Source of the DNA: Tubulanus polymorphus
Lineage: Eukaryota; Animalia; Nemertea
Direction of reading: 5' to 3'
Length of the DNA stretch: 64,000 nucleotides
Assembly (NCBI RefSeq): GCF_964204645.1
Contig: NC_134036.1
Location: 1-64,000, forward strand
Shown: in pieces, positions 15,077 to 31,289 of the stretch
How positions within the stretch are numbered: position 1 is the first letter of the stretch
Layout of the letters: the number at the start of each line of letters is the position of its first letter
Program-made: the position numbers and the translations under genes
Notes under the pieces: model-generated
Told to the model about the DNA's origin: nothing
The model's input: only the letters and a program-made list of their open reading frames with translations
Database searches by the model: none

Positions 15077-18000
15077 ATGGCTGACGGTGAGCCACTAGGT
15101 GGCACCACAGTGACGACGTCTGCAGCGGCTGTAACGAGGGGTTGGACTACTGAAACTAACAAGGTAAGTCTCAACAGCGAGCGGTGCGAATTATCCTTTT
15201 TATCTGGATACCGGACTGATTTTTTAAATGTTGATTGTTTTTTAGGATGGATGCGATGAAGAAACAGCTGTTGCTGCTGCTGCTGCTGCTGCTGCTGTAT
15301 CACCGATGGCAACAGGATCTGATAAACCGTTAGTTGATATTGAAGCGATGTTAAACGCACACGCTGAAGCAATAATACAACAATCACTGGGTGCCGTGGA
15401 AACAGAATCTACAGCGCTGTGGACCGCTACCACGGCAACCGCTACTGTTACCGAAGACGATATCGACGTCGTTTCCGTAGATACGCCTGCATGTATTCAA
15501 ATAATTGACCAATCAGCAGTGAGTCGCAGGTCGACGGAGTTTCAATACGGGTTTTCCCCGGCATCCAGTACGTATATACCTCCTCCGCAGACTTGTTTCC
15601 CCGTCAGTCACCAGGTGGCAGCAGCCGTGTCGCCCCCGTCGATCGATTGGATGGATTTAAACCGAGACGATACAAACGACAACAAATCTCCTAAACGTTC
15701 GAACCAAGGTCAAGGTAAAAGCGGAGAACCCGATTCTGCGAGCGGCGGCGCTGGGTTATCTATGCAATATAACAACAATCACCGTACCGTTACTAGGCAA
15801 CCGTTGAGCGGTGATGATTGGGTGGAGCCGAGTACGAGTTCGGGTCGTTCACGATCGCGGTTCGTGGCGCCACCTATTGTAATTAATAACAGCGATTCCG
15901 AGAGCGACGACGTAACCGAGGACGACGACGAGACGGCGTTCAACAATATCTCCGGTAAATCGTATCCGGTCGTTAAAAAACGATGGATGACGAAAGCTTC
16001 GAAAGATCAGTCGAATAACGCGAAAAAAACAGCCGGCAATCGCGGTAAACAACGCCATCTACCGGCGACCGATAACGGGAACGCATCGGCTAGCGTATTA
16101 ATGAGACCAATAGGTGGCGTTAGCGACAGTGAGGACGGCGGAGACGAAGACGATGATTTAATCGACGAACGATTAACTATCGTTAAATCTAAAAATAGAT
16201 CGACAGCATTTAAACGAGAACGTAGCGACTCGGAGGGAACTGATTCAACCGTTCATCATCACACAACCGATGGCACTAAATGGCGTAAACCGGACACTAC
16301 CCAGTCCAAATCCGCATTCTCCTGTTATCATAACCCGAGACGAGGGCGCCACCGTACAGCTATAACGTCAGCTGCCGCAGCTGCTTCGTCTACCTCCGTC
16401 AACTCGATGGATATCGATAATAATTATAACAATAACCATAGTAACCATAGTAACGCTACTCAGGATCCGATCATAGCACGACCTCGTGCCGTTAAACTAG
16501 AGACTACAACGCCCCCTGGTGGTGGACATCACGAGCAACAAACAGATTTACAGCAGCAATACGCGATGTTAAACGCTCTTGGACTGAGTCCACGTTCTCC
16601 AGACTCGCGATTAACACCTCCGATATATCCACCAGGTGGCAGCACACCCCCCACATCCGCCGGTCATATCTACTCACCAGGTGGCAGCGCTGATTGTTTA
16701 TATACGAGCCCTAATCGTAACGAATCTATGCATTGTTCATCGGTATCGTCAGGGGCAACGTCATTACAGAATGCTCCCGCTTACGTTACGTTAGATATGT
16801 CACTCGATGATCCCTCGGCTTCTAGTAATCAACCGGCAGCAGCAGCGCCACCTACTGGAGAATACGTCATACTATCATCAGATGATAGCGATATAGAAGT
16901 GTCAGATATAAGATATGTCAAGTAAGTTTGTCCTGTTCCTCCCTAAACTCCCCTCCTCCGCCTCCTCTCCCTCCCCTTCTCCCCCTTCCTCCCTCTGTCA
17001 ATGTTTAATGACGTTACTGATGTATATTTTCAGTCGATCTCGTAGCAACAATGGAGGTCAGTACGGAGCCGGTGGTTACAGTCGCACGGCAACAGTCGTC
17101 GTCGATTTAACTGAATCCGATGATGGTACGTTTGTGTATCGTTGTTTCTATGGTTACTGATTCATTGTTCTGTCAAAGAGTTGCGTCTTACTGTAATTAA
17201 TGTTTCAGATGTCCACGCGGCGGAGCCACTATCCGCACCCGCTATTCAGGTAACCGAGCAACCTGCGGCGCCTGAACCGACCGAATCAGCTGCTGTTTTA
17301 CCATCTGCTGTACAACACGTTTCCATGGCGATGCCCGTTCAACAACGACCGTCGCATTATCATCACACGCGTAACATGAGTCCGATGACGTTTCACGCAG
17401 TGCCACCTATACCTGCGGCTCAGAGACGGTGTTTGTTTCATCAGGATCGTATGAGGCCGTGTATCGGAGGACCTGCGTGTATCGGAGCTGAGGCTGCTGC
17501 TGCTGCTGCTGTAGCTAATGCACCTCCTCCTCACCATCCTCCTCATCACTGTATGTACGATATCGATCCTTGTCATCTTCCGCAACAATTACTACCGGGA
17601 CGACCGTTACCCGGACGACCACCGCCTCATGGTTAGTATCGTCGCCGTGGTTACTGTCATTATTACTCATATCGTTCGTATATTTGAATTTATTGATTTT
17701 ATTTTTAGGTGATAATAATTTACGACCAGTTCATCATTTTCATCATCTTCAGCATCATCATCATCCATCGGTTACATCTCCTCTTGCCTCCTCATCACCG
17801 GGTCCGTTGCTAACAACTCCTCTTATCCATCATCGAGGTCATTTACCTCATCATCCTCCTCCAGCAGCTCACCAAATTCCTCATCATCATTCCATGAGAT
17901 TTATGCCTCATCCTTTCCTTCCTCCTCAACCTCCTCCGGCACCTGCTGCTGCTGTTGCCGCGAGACGGGATGCGGCGATGATGGAATCATACGCCGCAGC

Positions 18001-20113
18001 TGCAGCTGTACAGAATCCAGATGCAATGATGTTACCGGTTCATATCCAGCCTCCACACGGAATAGCAGCTGCATTCACTGTGTCGTAAGTATTAACGCAT
18101 CTGACTAATCACCACAGCTACCGGTACCTGACATTAAGATCACCACGGCTACCAGTATCTGATGTATTGATTAACTGTGTGTATATGTGTGCTTACAGAG
18201 AGCCGATAGTTCCACAACCTCCCCCGCAGATGGCAGCACCGGCTCCTCAACATCAACATCTACACCATCATTTACACCACTACCACCATACGGCGCCACC
18301 TGCGCCAAGATTGCACCATTTCAACATCTCGAGCGGTATGCATATTAGTATCGGCACAGGAATGGTAAGTATCCTCTACCAACTGACGCAGTTGCAGCGC
18401 CCCCTAGTGATATAACTCGGTATTATTGATGTATTTATTATTTACAGCCTCCGATCCCCGAGTTTCCACCGTTTCCCGGGATACCAATAATGGCTAATTT
18501 ACCGCGTAACATGCAAGTAAGGATGGGTAGAATGATGATGCACCATCGACCTACTTATGAGGTGAGTATAGTTATAGGTGGCGCATCAGTTCAACTCGGG
18601 GAGAGAGAGTTCATTGAATCTTGTTTGTTGTGTTAGTGCTGGAGAGCTGGTCGAGTTTTGAGGGGTTGCTGAGAGGGGGAGAGTTTTGAGGGGTTGCTGT
18701 GAGGGGGAGAGTTTTGAGGGGTTGCTGCGAGGGGGAGAGTTTTGAGGGGTTGCTGCGAAGGGGAGAGTTTTGAGGGGTTGCTGTGAGGGGGATAGTTTTA
18801 AAGGGTTGCTGTGAGGGGATAGTTTTGAGGGGTTGCTGTGAGGGGGAGAGTTTTGAGGGCTTGCTGTGAGGGGGAGAGTTTTGAGGGCTTGCTGTGAGGG
18901 GGAGAGTTTTGAGGGCTTGCTGTGATGGACCCTGAACTATGTTTGTAGGGTTCAGTTTAACATGAGTTATGTACAGTATGTCACATGCAGCCTGTGTATA
19001 GTGCTGTACATGTACTGTAATGTTGTACAAGCTGCTGTTCTATGACTCACTGTATGAGTTTCTTATGCAATTCTAGTTATAAAAATATCAGTCTGTTTAT
19101 GGTTCTAAAACACGTGAGATTTCGGTGTTGTTAAATCTTCAGATAAATAACTGTTTGTATTTTTATTACAATGTCGATCAGTGTTGATTTCACGCGATGT
19201 CGAATATGATTTTAAGATGCGTCACACTGTGATAAACTGTCAATAACAGATTGTGTCGCTCGGTGCCAGGTTTCAAAAATGTTATAGATACAGTTTTATT
19301 ATATGTGATCTCGTGTTCGATCAGATGTTTATAGAACTATGAGTCGTCTGTCGATTCACGTCTCACTCTCACATTCTTCCCCGATATCGAGGAATTATCA
19401 ACGATATATCGATAGTTATAATTGATAATATCGAGTGATGTCTGATACAGCGGGTCCGCAGATCGGTTTTATTATAATCGGCAGTTCCAGTAATCTAATG
19501 ATCTCTCAAAACGGGAATAATACCGCCAGTCGTCACGGCGACAACAACAGACACGTCGGTTTACACGATTTCTTCTTTCTCGTCACCGTAAGAAGAGTTC
19601 ATTATGAGTTGCAGCGGAGGGGTGTCAGGTTAGAGATGGTTAATGTGTTTTTGTATTATTTCAGGAGCTGATTAGTTTAGAGGAGAGATTGGGTAACGTG
19701 AATCGCGGAGCCAATCAGACGACAATCGAACGTAACACCTTCCCGCATAAATATAAACGTATTAAACGATGTCAAACTCTACCACCAGAGGGCGATACTA
19801 ACGAACAGACGGGTGAGGAGCAGACGGAGGAGGAGGACGACGAGGAGGAGAAATGTACGATTTGTTTATCAGAATTTACCGATGATGAAGATGTGAGGTA
19901 TGTACGCGGATCCTCCGATCGCCGAAAGAGGGCGCCACTAGCCGATCCTCGCTTACCAGTTCATGTTTCATTCTCTATCGTTTCAGGCGTCTTCCCTGCA
20001 TGCATCTGTTTCATATAGAATGCGTTGACCAATGGCTGACGACTAATAAACGATGTCCGATTTGTCGAGTCGACATAGAAACGGCCACTAAAGACGGTCC
20101 TTTCGAATCTTGA
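15077..20113 (+). CDS. RNF111: E3 ubiquitin ligase Arkadia (RNF111/RNF165 family; SIM cluster, His/Pro-rich region, NRG-TIER, RING-H2), about 1097 aa
   Basis: Exons 15077-15163, 15246-16921, 17034-17125, 17209-17631, 17709-18084, 18199-18364, 18448-18561, 19665-19897, 19987-20113 (GT-AG, frame-consistent). [33 protein letters not shown] signature; RING-H2 CTICLSEF...[30 protein letters not shown]; [13 protein letters not shown]. Confidence 0.95.
18650..18925. repeat. About 28-bp intronic minisatellite (Arkadia intron)
   Basis: Unit GAGTTTTGAGGGGTTGCTGTGAGGGGGA, about 10 copies. Confidence 0.9.
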
Positions 20114-20392
20114 GCGATTTTCGTCGCGTTGTTATGGAAACAGATTGCGGAAATGATTTTTCGAATCCTGAGAGCGATTGTAACAGTTTGCTGTAACACA
20201 TGTATCGGCGAAAAGTTCTCAATTCTCAGGTGTTTCAATCTCGTAGAGACTCTCGTAGTGTACGTGAAGTTGTGTTAACCACATTTCTGTAGTTGTCATG
20301 GATATGTATAGTTGCTATGTATAGAAATGGTTGCTAAGGAAACTTGTTGATGATCTATTGTAAAAAAGTTGTTCGGTATGCAGAAGTGTCTA

Positions 20393-20640
20393 GAGGGGTG
20401 TATACTAGTGCCCCCTATTGAGAGGAGTGTATACTGGTGCCCCCTATTGAGAGGGGTGTATACTAGTGCCCCCTATTGAGAGGGGGCGTATACTCTAGTG
20501 TCCCCTAATAAAGGAGGATGTATACTAGCACCCCCTGTTGAGAGGAGTCTATACTGGCGCCCCCTATTAAGAGGGGGTGGTATATTAGTGCACTCGGTTG
20601 AAAGGGGGTGTGCTATTAAAGAAAGCGCCCCCTGTGTTGT
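20393..20640 (-). repeat. 29-31 bp tandem array, most units carrying a CTCF-like motif (Arkadia 3' UTR region)
   Basis: Unit TATACTAGTGCCCCCTATTGAGAGGRGTG; its reverse complement contains TCAATAGGGGGCACTA. Confidence 0.8.
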
Positions 20641-21302
20641 AAAGTTGAAATGAAGCTCTAGTCTGTCTGTACGGGGGGTTTGTTATTGTTTATCTCGGCC
20701 GTCTTTTAGTTTAACATTATTTAAAAACTACTGAAATTTTTGCCGAACTCAATTTATACGGTTTTTGACGCGGTCCCCCGTGGTGTCGTGAGTTACTTCT
20801 ATACGGTCCCCCATATCTGAGTTCAAACTAATTAATCATGAATTGTTTTATTAATTAATTTATTGCAAGTAAAAATTGCTTTCTACGTTTTGCGTATTGA
20901 GGTGAGTTTTTACAGAGTGCTATTATTAATTCCTCAACTCCAAACAAGTTTTAATTCTCTTTTTTTCGAAGACATTTTTTTTTTTAGTCTTGAAGCGTCT
21001 GTTATATATAAGACGCGCACTAACCCTGGGAAGTGAGGCTGTATTTTAAACGATAATGTTGTCAACTTTTGCTGCAAAATTCAACAATAATGATGAATAA
21101 TTAATGATTATATTATAAATATTTAAATATTATAGCTTAAAATAATAAATTATTAAACGTCTTACAACTCAAAATCCATCGCTGTTGTCATTGTTGTATT
21201 TGGCGCCATCTAGAGTTAAAACGATGAACAATAATAGAATACCGATAATTTGTTTATTTGTAAACATTGTATAATTATTAATAAAGTCTATTTAATGAGT
21301 CG

Positions 21303-22701
21303 CTAGGAACCCGCAGGTGGCGCCCCCTTTGAGCAGGAAGCTGAACTACGTATCGTATTAATAACACCCATGATTCTAGTAAAATCCTCGTCGCCAGTAG
21401 CAACACTAGAATTACATTGTTTCTTTCGATCGTTATTCGAATCCGATTTCGGTAATTTGCGTTTACGATTAGACCGTGAAGCGCCACCTATATCACAAGT
21501 CCGCGACGGCGTAACAGAATCCTGATGTTCAGTAACCGTAGATGAAGATGCTGCCCCCTGGTAGGGATTGTTTGTACTAGGTGCCGCTAGTAAACAGCCC
21601 GATCGATGTAGATCCGATACGAGTGAATCGTAGCGTTTTGATTGGTCGTTCAGAGCGAGGGTAAGGTTATTGATTTGACGTTGTTGCGACGTTACTTTAC
21701 GTTTCCACGTTCTCAGGTTGCGTTTAATTCCGCTCACGTCAATTATTTTCGATCGGTAAATCCTCTGCAGACGTTTATATCGGTCTCTAAGACGCTCGTA
21801 TTTCACCGTTAGATTCGATTGTTGTACGACCGGTGGTGACCTCTGGGGAGAAACGCTGTCATCGGTATCGTATCCGAAATTCAATCCTGCCCCTGAAAAT
21901 AGTATTAAATACATCTTCGTTAAAATCCGTGATCCTGCAGATAGTGTTACCCGGACTGGTCGCTAACGTACAGGAGAGTAACGTAGTGTTTTCCGATAAT
22001 ATATTCGGATATGGATTCGGTAGTTTGGGTTCGATCACGTCCTTGAAATACTCGATAGCCATCGTCGACAAATCCATCAACTCCTCGGTGACTTTATAGA
22101 CGATTTTCAACGGTTGATTAGAGGCGGTTTTAACGTAAATCAATAATCTCTTCACTTCATCGAGAATCTGTAATTAAAAATACCATAATATCACCGATGT
22201 CTACACGGTTAACAATAAAATACGGATTCGAACGGCGGACTTACAGCTCCCGGAAAGAAACAACAATGTTTTAAATCGATGTGTTTTTTGAATGTTGTGT
22301 TTAACATTGTTAAACGTAGATGAATGGTCTCCACAATCTCGCACTCTTTCATCAGCGGATGTTTAATTCTGGATGATTCTCTCCGAGGCATCTGCGATCG
22401 ACACGTCTGGTAATGATGCGATGTTTGATTCAGCAAACGGAAAAAATTATGATTCAATAATTTTTCGCAAACATCTCTGAATTCACGACAAACCTGGAAA
22501 AAATTATTCCAAATTACTCGCTATCATAAATGAAATTTAAAAAAGAAAGTAGTATTTGAGATTTCAAAATAAGCAACTTACCAATCGATATTTTGAGAGT
22601 TCCTCGTACGTGCAATATTTGATAATTTTCTCCAGGATATCAAATGGAAGTAAAAGGAATATGTTTGAGTTATTTCCACCAGTTTCCACAAGATCACACA
22701 T
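21303..22701 (-). CDS. FBXO28: F-box only protein 28 family (pallbearer-like), about 391 aa
   Basis: Exons 22701-22582, 22493-22245, 22167-21951 (alternative donor after 21972), 21892-21303. F-box LLLPFDILEKIIKYCTYEELSKYRLVCREF; family motifs MPRRESSRIKHPL, HCCFFPGAILDEV, VTEELMDLSTMAIEYF; C-terminal coiled coil and basic NLS-like RKRK. Confidence 0.92.
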
Positions 22702-23000
22702 TATAACTTTGTTATTTATAAACTACCAAATTCAATACAATTCAATTGAAAAGGAAATATAATGAATTGAATTTGAATTGTTCAGATCAATTCAACTAAA
22801 AAAAGGTTTGTTGTCGCAAAATTATCGGACAAGGTATCCAAAGTTTATCGTAAAAGACAAGACCTTAAACGAAGTGAATTCATTAACAAAGTCATTGGAA
22901 AATTAGCTTTATCGGATTAACAGTGAGTAAAAATTCCCAATAGATGGCGCCACGGTTGATGTGAACTGTTTTGTAACTATTTTATGTAATTTCGTGAATT
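22702..23000. promoter_or_regulatory. Compact bidirectional promoter FBXO28/NDUFV1 with CTCF-like motif
   Basis: Divergent ATGs only 300 bp apart; CCAATAGATGGCGCCA at 22937-22952. Confidence 0.7.
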
Positions 23001-25971
<2,971 letters not shown>

Positions 25972-26897
25972 ATTAACTTAATTATCTCTTATATCGTTAA
26001 TAATTGTTTGTTAATTAATCAAATAGATAGATGTCCTCTGTTTGTAAATATGGAAACTTTTCTCAATACCGGTAGATGGCGCACGAGTCGAAATTGCTGT
26101 GAACATTTCATCTGCATGTAAAACCGTAAGATTGCTTAGTGTTTGTAAATTCCAATAGATGGCGATTAAAACAACATGTCTAGTTTTAGCAGAGTTTACT
26201 CGGAATTTATCTTCGTTTTACAAATGTATGAATAAAAAGAATATGTGAAAGTGTGCAGTAAAAAATGAAGAATATGTTTGTTTATTTCCTGAATTGAGGA
26301 TAGAAAATTGTTACTGTCGACTCGGAGACCTCGACTATAGGACCACTGACATCACTAAAACATGTACGGATTAGAGGAAAAAGTCACTGGACTACAATAT
26401 ATAGAGCAGCCAAATACGAACTGACATTATCCCCTCCCCGCCCCTAGTAACAGATTGAGTTCCTCCACTCACGCTGCCGCCGCTCTATTAGCGGAAAACA
26501 ATCAAATTAACGTCACCGCATGCTCGGTTTATTTTACGTTGATGCACCAACGTCAACTCGACCGACTACAACTGATAAATCACTCCAAATAATCCAGCTT
26601 CAACGTAAAACATCGGCGTCGTCGGCAGTAACGTAACTCTGCCGACGTTGTTGGCGTGTTTGTTGTGGTATCTGAAACGCGTTCCGGCGTTCGATCGATT
26701 AAGCGTTGTTGCTGCAGCGTTACGTTGACGCCGCCGTTGCCGCTCTGGATATAACGTTAGCGTTAAGTGGCGTACACCACTGTCGTCTGCGACGTCATTT
26801 TGTTTCAACGTTTCAAACATTGTTGCATTAATGAAACGAAAGTAGTTATTGTTGCCACCGACAACGAATTAGCTACTGACTCATCTACGAGATGAAC

Positions 26898-26956
26898 GGA
26901 TTACCAGAGAGCGGATCATCACTAATCCGATCGGATTAAAGGATTAACCCGGATTA
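26898..26956. promoter_or_regulatory. K50-homeodomain (Otx/Pitx/Gsc-type) site cluster
   Basis: Five TAATCC/GGATTA sites in 59 bp, including the perfect palindrome TAATCCGATCGGATTA (26923-26938). Confidence 0.45.
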
Positions 26957-29384
26957 TCTACTACATATTATATGTAACAAGTTATATTATCAATTCACGC
27001 ATATTTTGAATAAATCGTATTGAATTGATTGTTTGGGTAAGTGTTTGGTGTTGTCTGTGTTTTGGGAGTCTAGTCTGATAGGGGGACCTATCTCACTGAG
27101 GGAGGGGTGAGTCACTCAAGCCCGAGAGGGGACACTGCTCAGGGTCACTTCATGTCTGAGGAGGGGACCATCTTACTCAGGGTAGGGGAGTCACTGAGAG
27201 GGCACCTATCTAACTGGGGGAGAGGGTTGTCACCCGATTTCACTAGCTGGGGGGTTATCCTATCCAACTCGTCCTCTGGCTAATATATAGAGATACATAT
27301 TATTTGTTCCTAGAACAATGATGATAACCTGGGGCCTGATACCTTATAGCACCGGCATCGATCAATGGATTATTATTACAAGAGATCAAATTTATCAATA
27401 TCTTATTCAATAAACTGACCATCACTGATCACACCACTGACCACATCAGTAATCAATCAGTAATCAATAACATTACCCCACCACACGCGTCGCAGTGAAC
27501 TGTCAATATTTCCGTGTTTCACCTGAGATTAGCCATGGTGTTAGATCACGTGTTCTCTAGGGGGCGCCTCATTCAGTCACGGCTTCCTGTCCCGGGGGCC
27601 CACGCGCGGGGTGTGTCAGTCCCTGCTGCCACACAGCTCTCATTCGATAGATATCATATTTGATAAAATAATCGCAATTGCTGGATCGCCCTCACACTCG
27701 AGTTCAACAGAGAGCCTATAACTGCTAGCTAGTGCCCGCCCATATATGGTCTTGATTTCAGGTTTCGTATTTCCAGAAAATACCAAACCAATAAATCTAT
27801 AAAACAATAACATTAGAAGTACATGGATGTGTGGTACATGTTTGTAATCAATTTCTAACATCTCTCCCTCTCTCTCCTGTGTAAAGAGAGCTGAGAGGAT
27901 TGTGAATTAGAAATATTACCGTGACGCGACCTTTAAACACACACACACTGAGGGATCATCATGCCCCGCAGCTATCATTGCCAGGGCGCGGTCAAAAATA
28001 CCAATAACCGTTAAAACGAAGATCTGTGGGTCTTATATCGAACCGATGATAGGAGAGAGAGAGAGAGACGCCCAGAGCAGAGGCATTTTCTGTGGACATC
28101 AAAGTAATTTAACGTTTCACTTCAAAACTGTACATACTCCACCATTGAGAGATCGGTCGCCTGACCTGTGGATGCAAACAATCTTTAAACTTAAAAAGAG
28201 ACAACCAAATATCATCAGCCAACCGGAACGGAATGCAATTACCGGCTTCAATCTGTCCCCGTACATATGGACCATCACCGGCTTCCATAGCGCCGCATCC
28301 ATAACGACGCGCAACCTCGGGCTTCCATACCGCTGTCTCCACGTGGTCAAGATCGTCACCGGAACCCGGAAGAACCCGCGAATCTGCTGGTTGTGTTTAT
28401 AGGATGATGAGGGGTCAGCCTGGCGATGACAAAACCCCTAAAACACGATAAACCACGCAGCACCGCCCAAACACAGAGCACGTGCTGTAAAACACATTTG
28501 AAATAACTGCTGTTTCCCGCCGCGCGACACAGTGTAGTAGTAGTTAGTAAGCCTCGCACGCTCTACCGACACACCCGACCCGCGAGGCCGCCGAGGAGAG
28601 ACCACGTTACCGTAACTAAACCCCGTACCGTACCGGCGGAGTTTCACTAACAACCCGTCAGTGTCTGTGTCAGTCTGCAAAAACGGATCGTAGAACTACA
28701 GAATTGCAGGACTATTAGGCGATGAACCCAGCGGAGACCCATTCAGACCTTGAAACGACACGTAAGAGGAGAGAGTGTGGGTCTGTCCCTTCTCCCCAAC
28801 CCCAGCGGCTTTCTCCCACTCTCTTCTCCTGGTGAGAAATAAAACTTCTGTTTATTGTCGTGATAAAATATTCAGCTCTCAGGCTGAGAATCAGATTTTC
28901 CTGCGTGGTTAGTTCACTATTGACTTTCGCCTGAAGGATTTCTACAATCCGTCTTTAACCTGTACGACTATTGTTATTCGATTGCCAGAGATCCCTCCAT
29001 CGTGAAATATAGATAATTCAGCCGTGATGGGAACTGTCAATTTGATCTGGAAAAAACCGAACATTTTTAGCAGCCGGGTAACTTCGACAATTCGATCAGT
29101 AGCAGGCTTGTACCCCAGGCAAATCTGACATGGTTACAGGGTTGCTGAGCAACATGAATACTGAATTAAGACGGACAGCAGCAGCTGCAGTGGCGGTTAA
29201 AACAATGCTGCTATTATTTACTGATGAGTCTAGATATTTAGGCCTTGATTTTTCATTATTTGGCAGTATTTCCATCCCCTGCAGTCTCCTCTCTCTCTCC
29301 CTTCCCTCTCTTACAGGTTTATCATAGTAGGGAAAATACTAGAATATGAAACTAGCTTCATCAGTAGCACCAGCCTTCAGTACC

Positions 29385-29393
29385 ATCAGCCAA

Positions 29394-29438
<45 letters not shown>

Positions 29439-29632
29439 CAGCCACCATCAGCAGCAGTACCAGCAGTAGCCTCCACCAGCCAGCTGTACCAGCAACACCA
29501 CAGTACCAGCAGTGCCTCCATCAGCCACCTGTACCAGCAGCACCAGTACCTGTACCAGCAGCACCTACAGTACCAGCACCAGTACCTGTACCAGCAGCAT
29601 CTACAGTACCAGCAGCAGCACCTGCACCAGTA
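29385..29632. repeat. CAGC / CAGTAC low-complexity repeats
   Basis: Direct reading. Confidence 0.8.
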
Positions 29633-29784
29633 ACCTCCAGAGAGAGGAAAGAGAGGAATTATAGTCATTGGTTACAAATGAATTGATGAATCACAGATTT
29701 AAACAATATTGTCCTTATATTCTGAGCAACTCCTTCACCTAACCCCCCCCCTTCCGTGGCAGCATTGGATTCTTTAACCCTGCC

Positions 29785-29940
29785 CAGGTACCATTACCAC
29801 ACTTCCCCCGGGACACCTCCCCGTGGGACACCTCCCCCGGGACACCTACCCATGGGACACCTCCCCCGGAACACCTACCCATGGGACACTTAACCGTGGG
29901 ACACTTAACTGTGAGACACCGACCCGGAAAGCTCCACCCC
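29785..29940. mobile_element. Possible DNA-transposon end remnant with GGGACACCTCCCC subterminal repeats
   Basis: About 7 short repeats of GGGACACCT(C/A)CCC; no partner terminus or transposase seen. Confidence 0.3.
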
Positions 29941-31289
29941 ATTTCATCTTAGTATCAAAATGTCTAAACTTTATCAAAATGTATAAATATTTGACCTACT
30001 GTAGGATTATATTTCATTTATATCAGTTTAAAATGATTTGATGATTTCAGATTTACCCAACAGCAGCAGACGATCACGATGTGCAGATCAGTGCAGAATA
30101 ACATCAACATGAACAGATATTAATTTACTAATTAACACGGGTGTTTAATTAGTGAATGATGGAACCAATGACAGTAGAAAGACGAGAGTCTCAGGGCAGT
30201 CACGGTCCAGGAGGAGGAACCAAAGCATTACTTATTCAAAAGGTTAGTGTATTATTAAACTAATCGTGATAGTATCTGAGATCGTGTAGGAATCATCAGG
30301 AGCTGCAGGAGAGAGCTGGGTAAAATACTGACCTGAGTCCCGGGACCTCGGTATTCTATCAGCTGAACTTATAATCATAATAACCTGACAAAGGCTGACA
30401 AACTTTTTATTTCAAAACCAAGAAATTACACACGCAGGCAACTGAGTTATGTAAAACGTAACTTCAGACTTAAAGCGGCCCCGAGCGGGCCACGCTACCG
30501 AGGCTCCACACTACCGAGGCGCCACGCTACCGAGGCGCCACACTGATAGCTGATAATCATTCAAATTCCATAGTGAGTGAAAACTACAATTGGAGGCTTT
30601 ATAATTCGATTTAAAAAAAACATTGTAATTTTTGAATTCTAAGTTTTCAATTATGCAATTTCGCTTTAAGATTACAAGGATGAAAATTGTTCTGTAATTA
30701 ACCCCCAAGACCTGCCACACTCCGCCCCCTATCGGAGGTCACATCAGCAAATTGTGATAACCAGTCAAGTCATATAAGCTTATATACACCTATCCTGAGA
30801 TACCGGCGGCGTCTATACCGAGGTCCATGTAGTTGGATGTTAACAGTAAATCGCTATTAAATTCTATCAATAATAACACGATATATCAATTCGATATATC
30901 AATCTTTCATATATAACTTTACATCATTATCCTTTCAATTTGAGATACAGAAATGCGGAAGTCGATATCGTTTTAATCGTTCATTTCATCAACCGTTTGA
31001 TGAGGATCCAGTTTTATAGATTAACAGGCGACATCGGCAAATATTTCCAATAACTTGAGAGGTTTTTAGCTTCAGTTTGAAACGCGATTCAATATCTCTC
31101 TCCTCTCGCGGCAGCCGCCCGCCCGCCCGCCGCGCGTGAAATCTATCACCATCATATTACCATTTGAATAGGAATTCTCTGCGCTGTTTTGTAAATCTTC
31201 TGTCGCTAATTCGGTTCAGTGACCGGTTTCCAGTTGTTCAGTGACCGGACATCAGGTCCGGTTTCCAGCGGTTCAGTATCGGCCAGTAA

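Noticed and set aside
19435-19671. ORF inside the long Arkadia intron as an extra exon
   Set aside because: No convincing in-frame acceptor; the flanking exons join to give the conserved [11 protein letters not shown].
28046-28680. Overlapping short ORFs in a GC-richer patch
   Set aside because: No recognisable domain or consistent exon chain; may be regulatory or UTR sequence.
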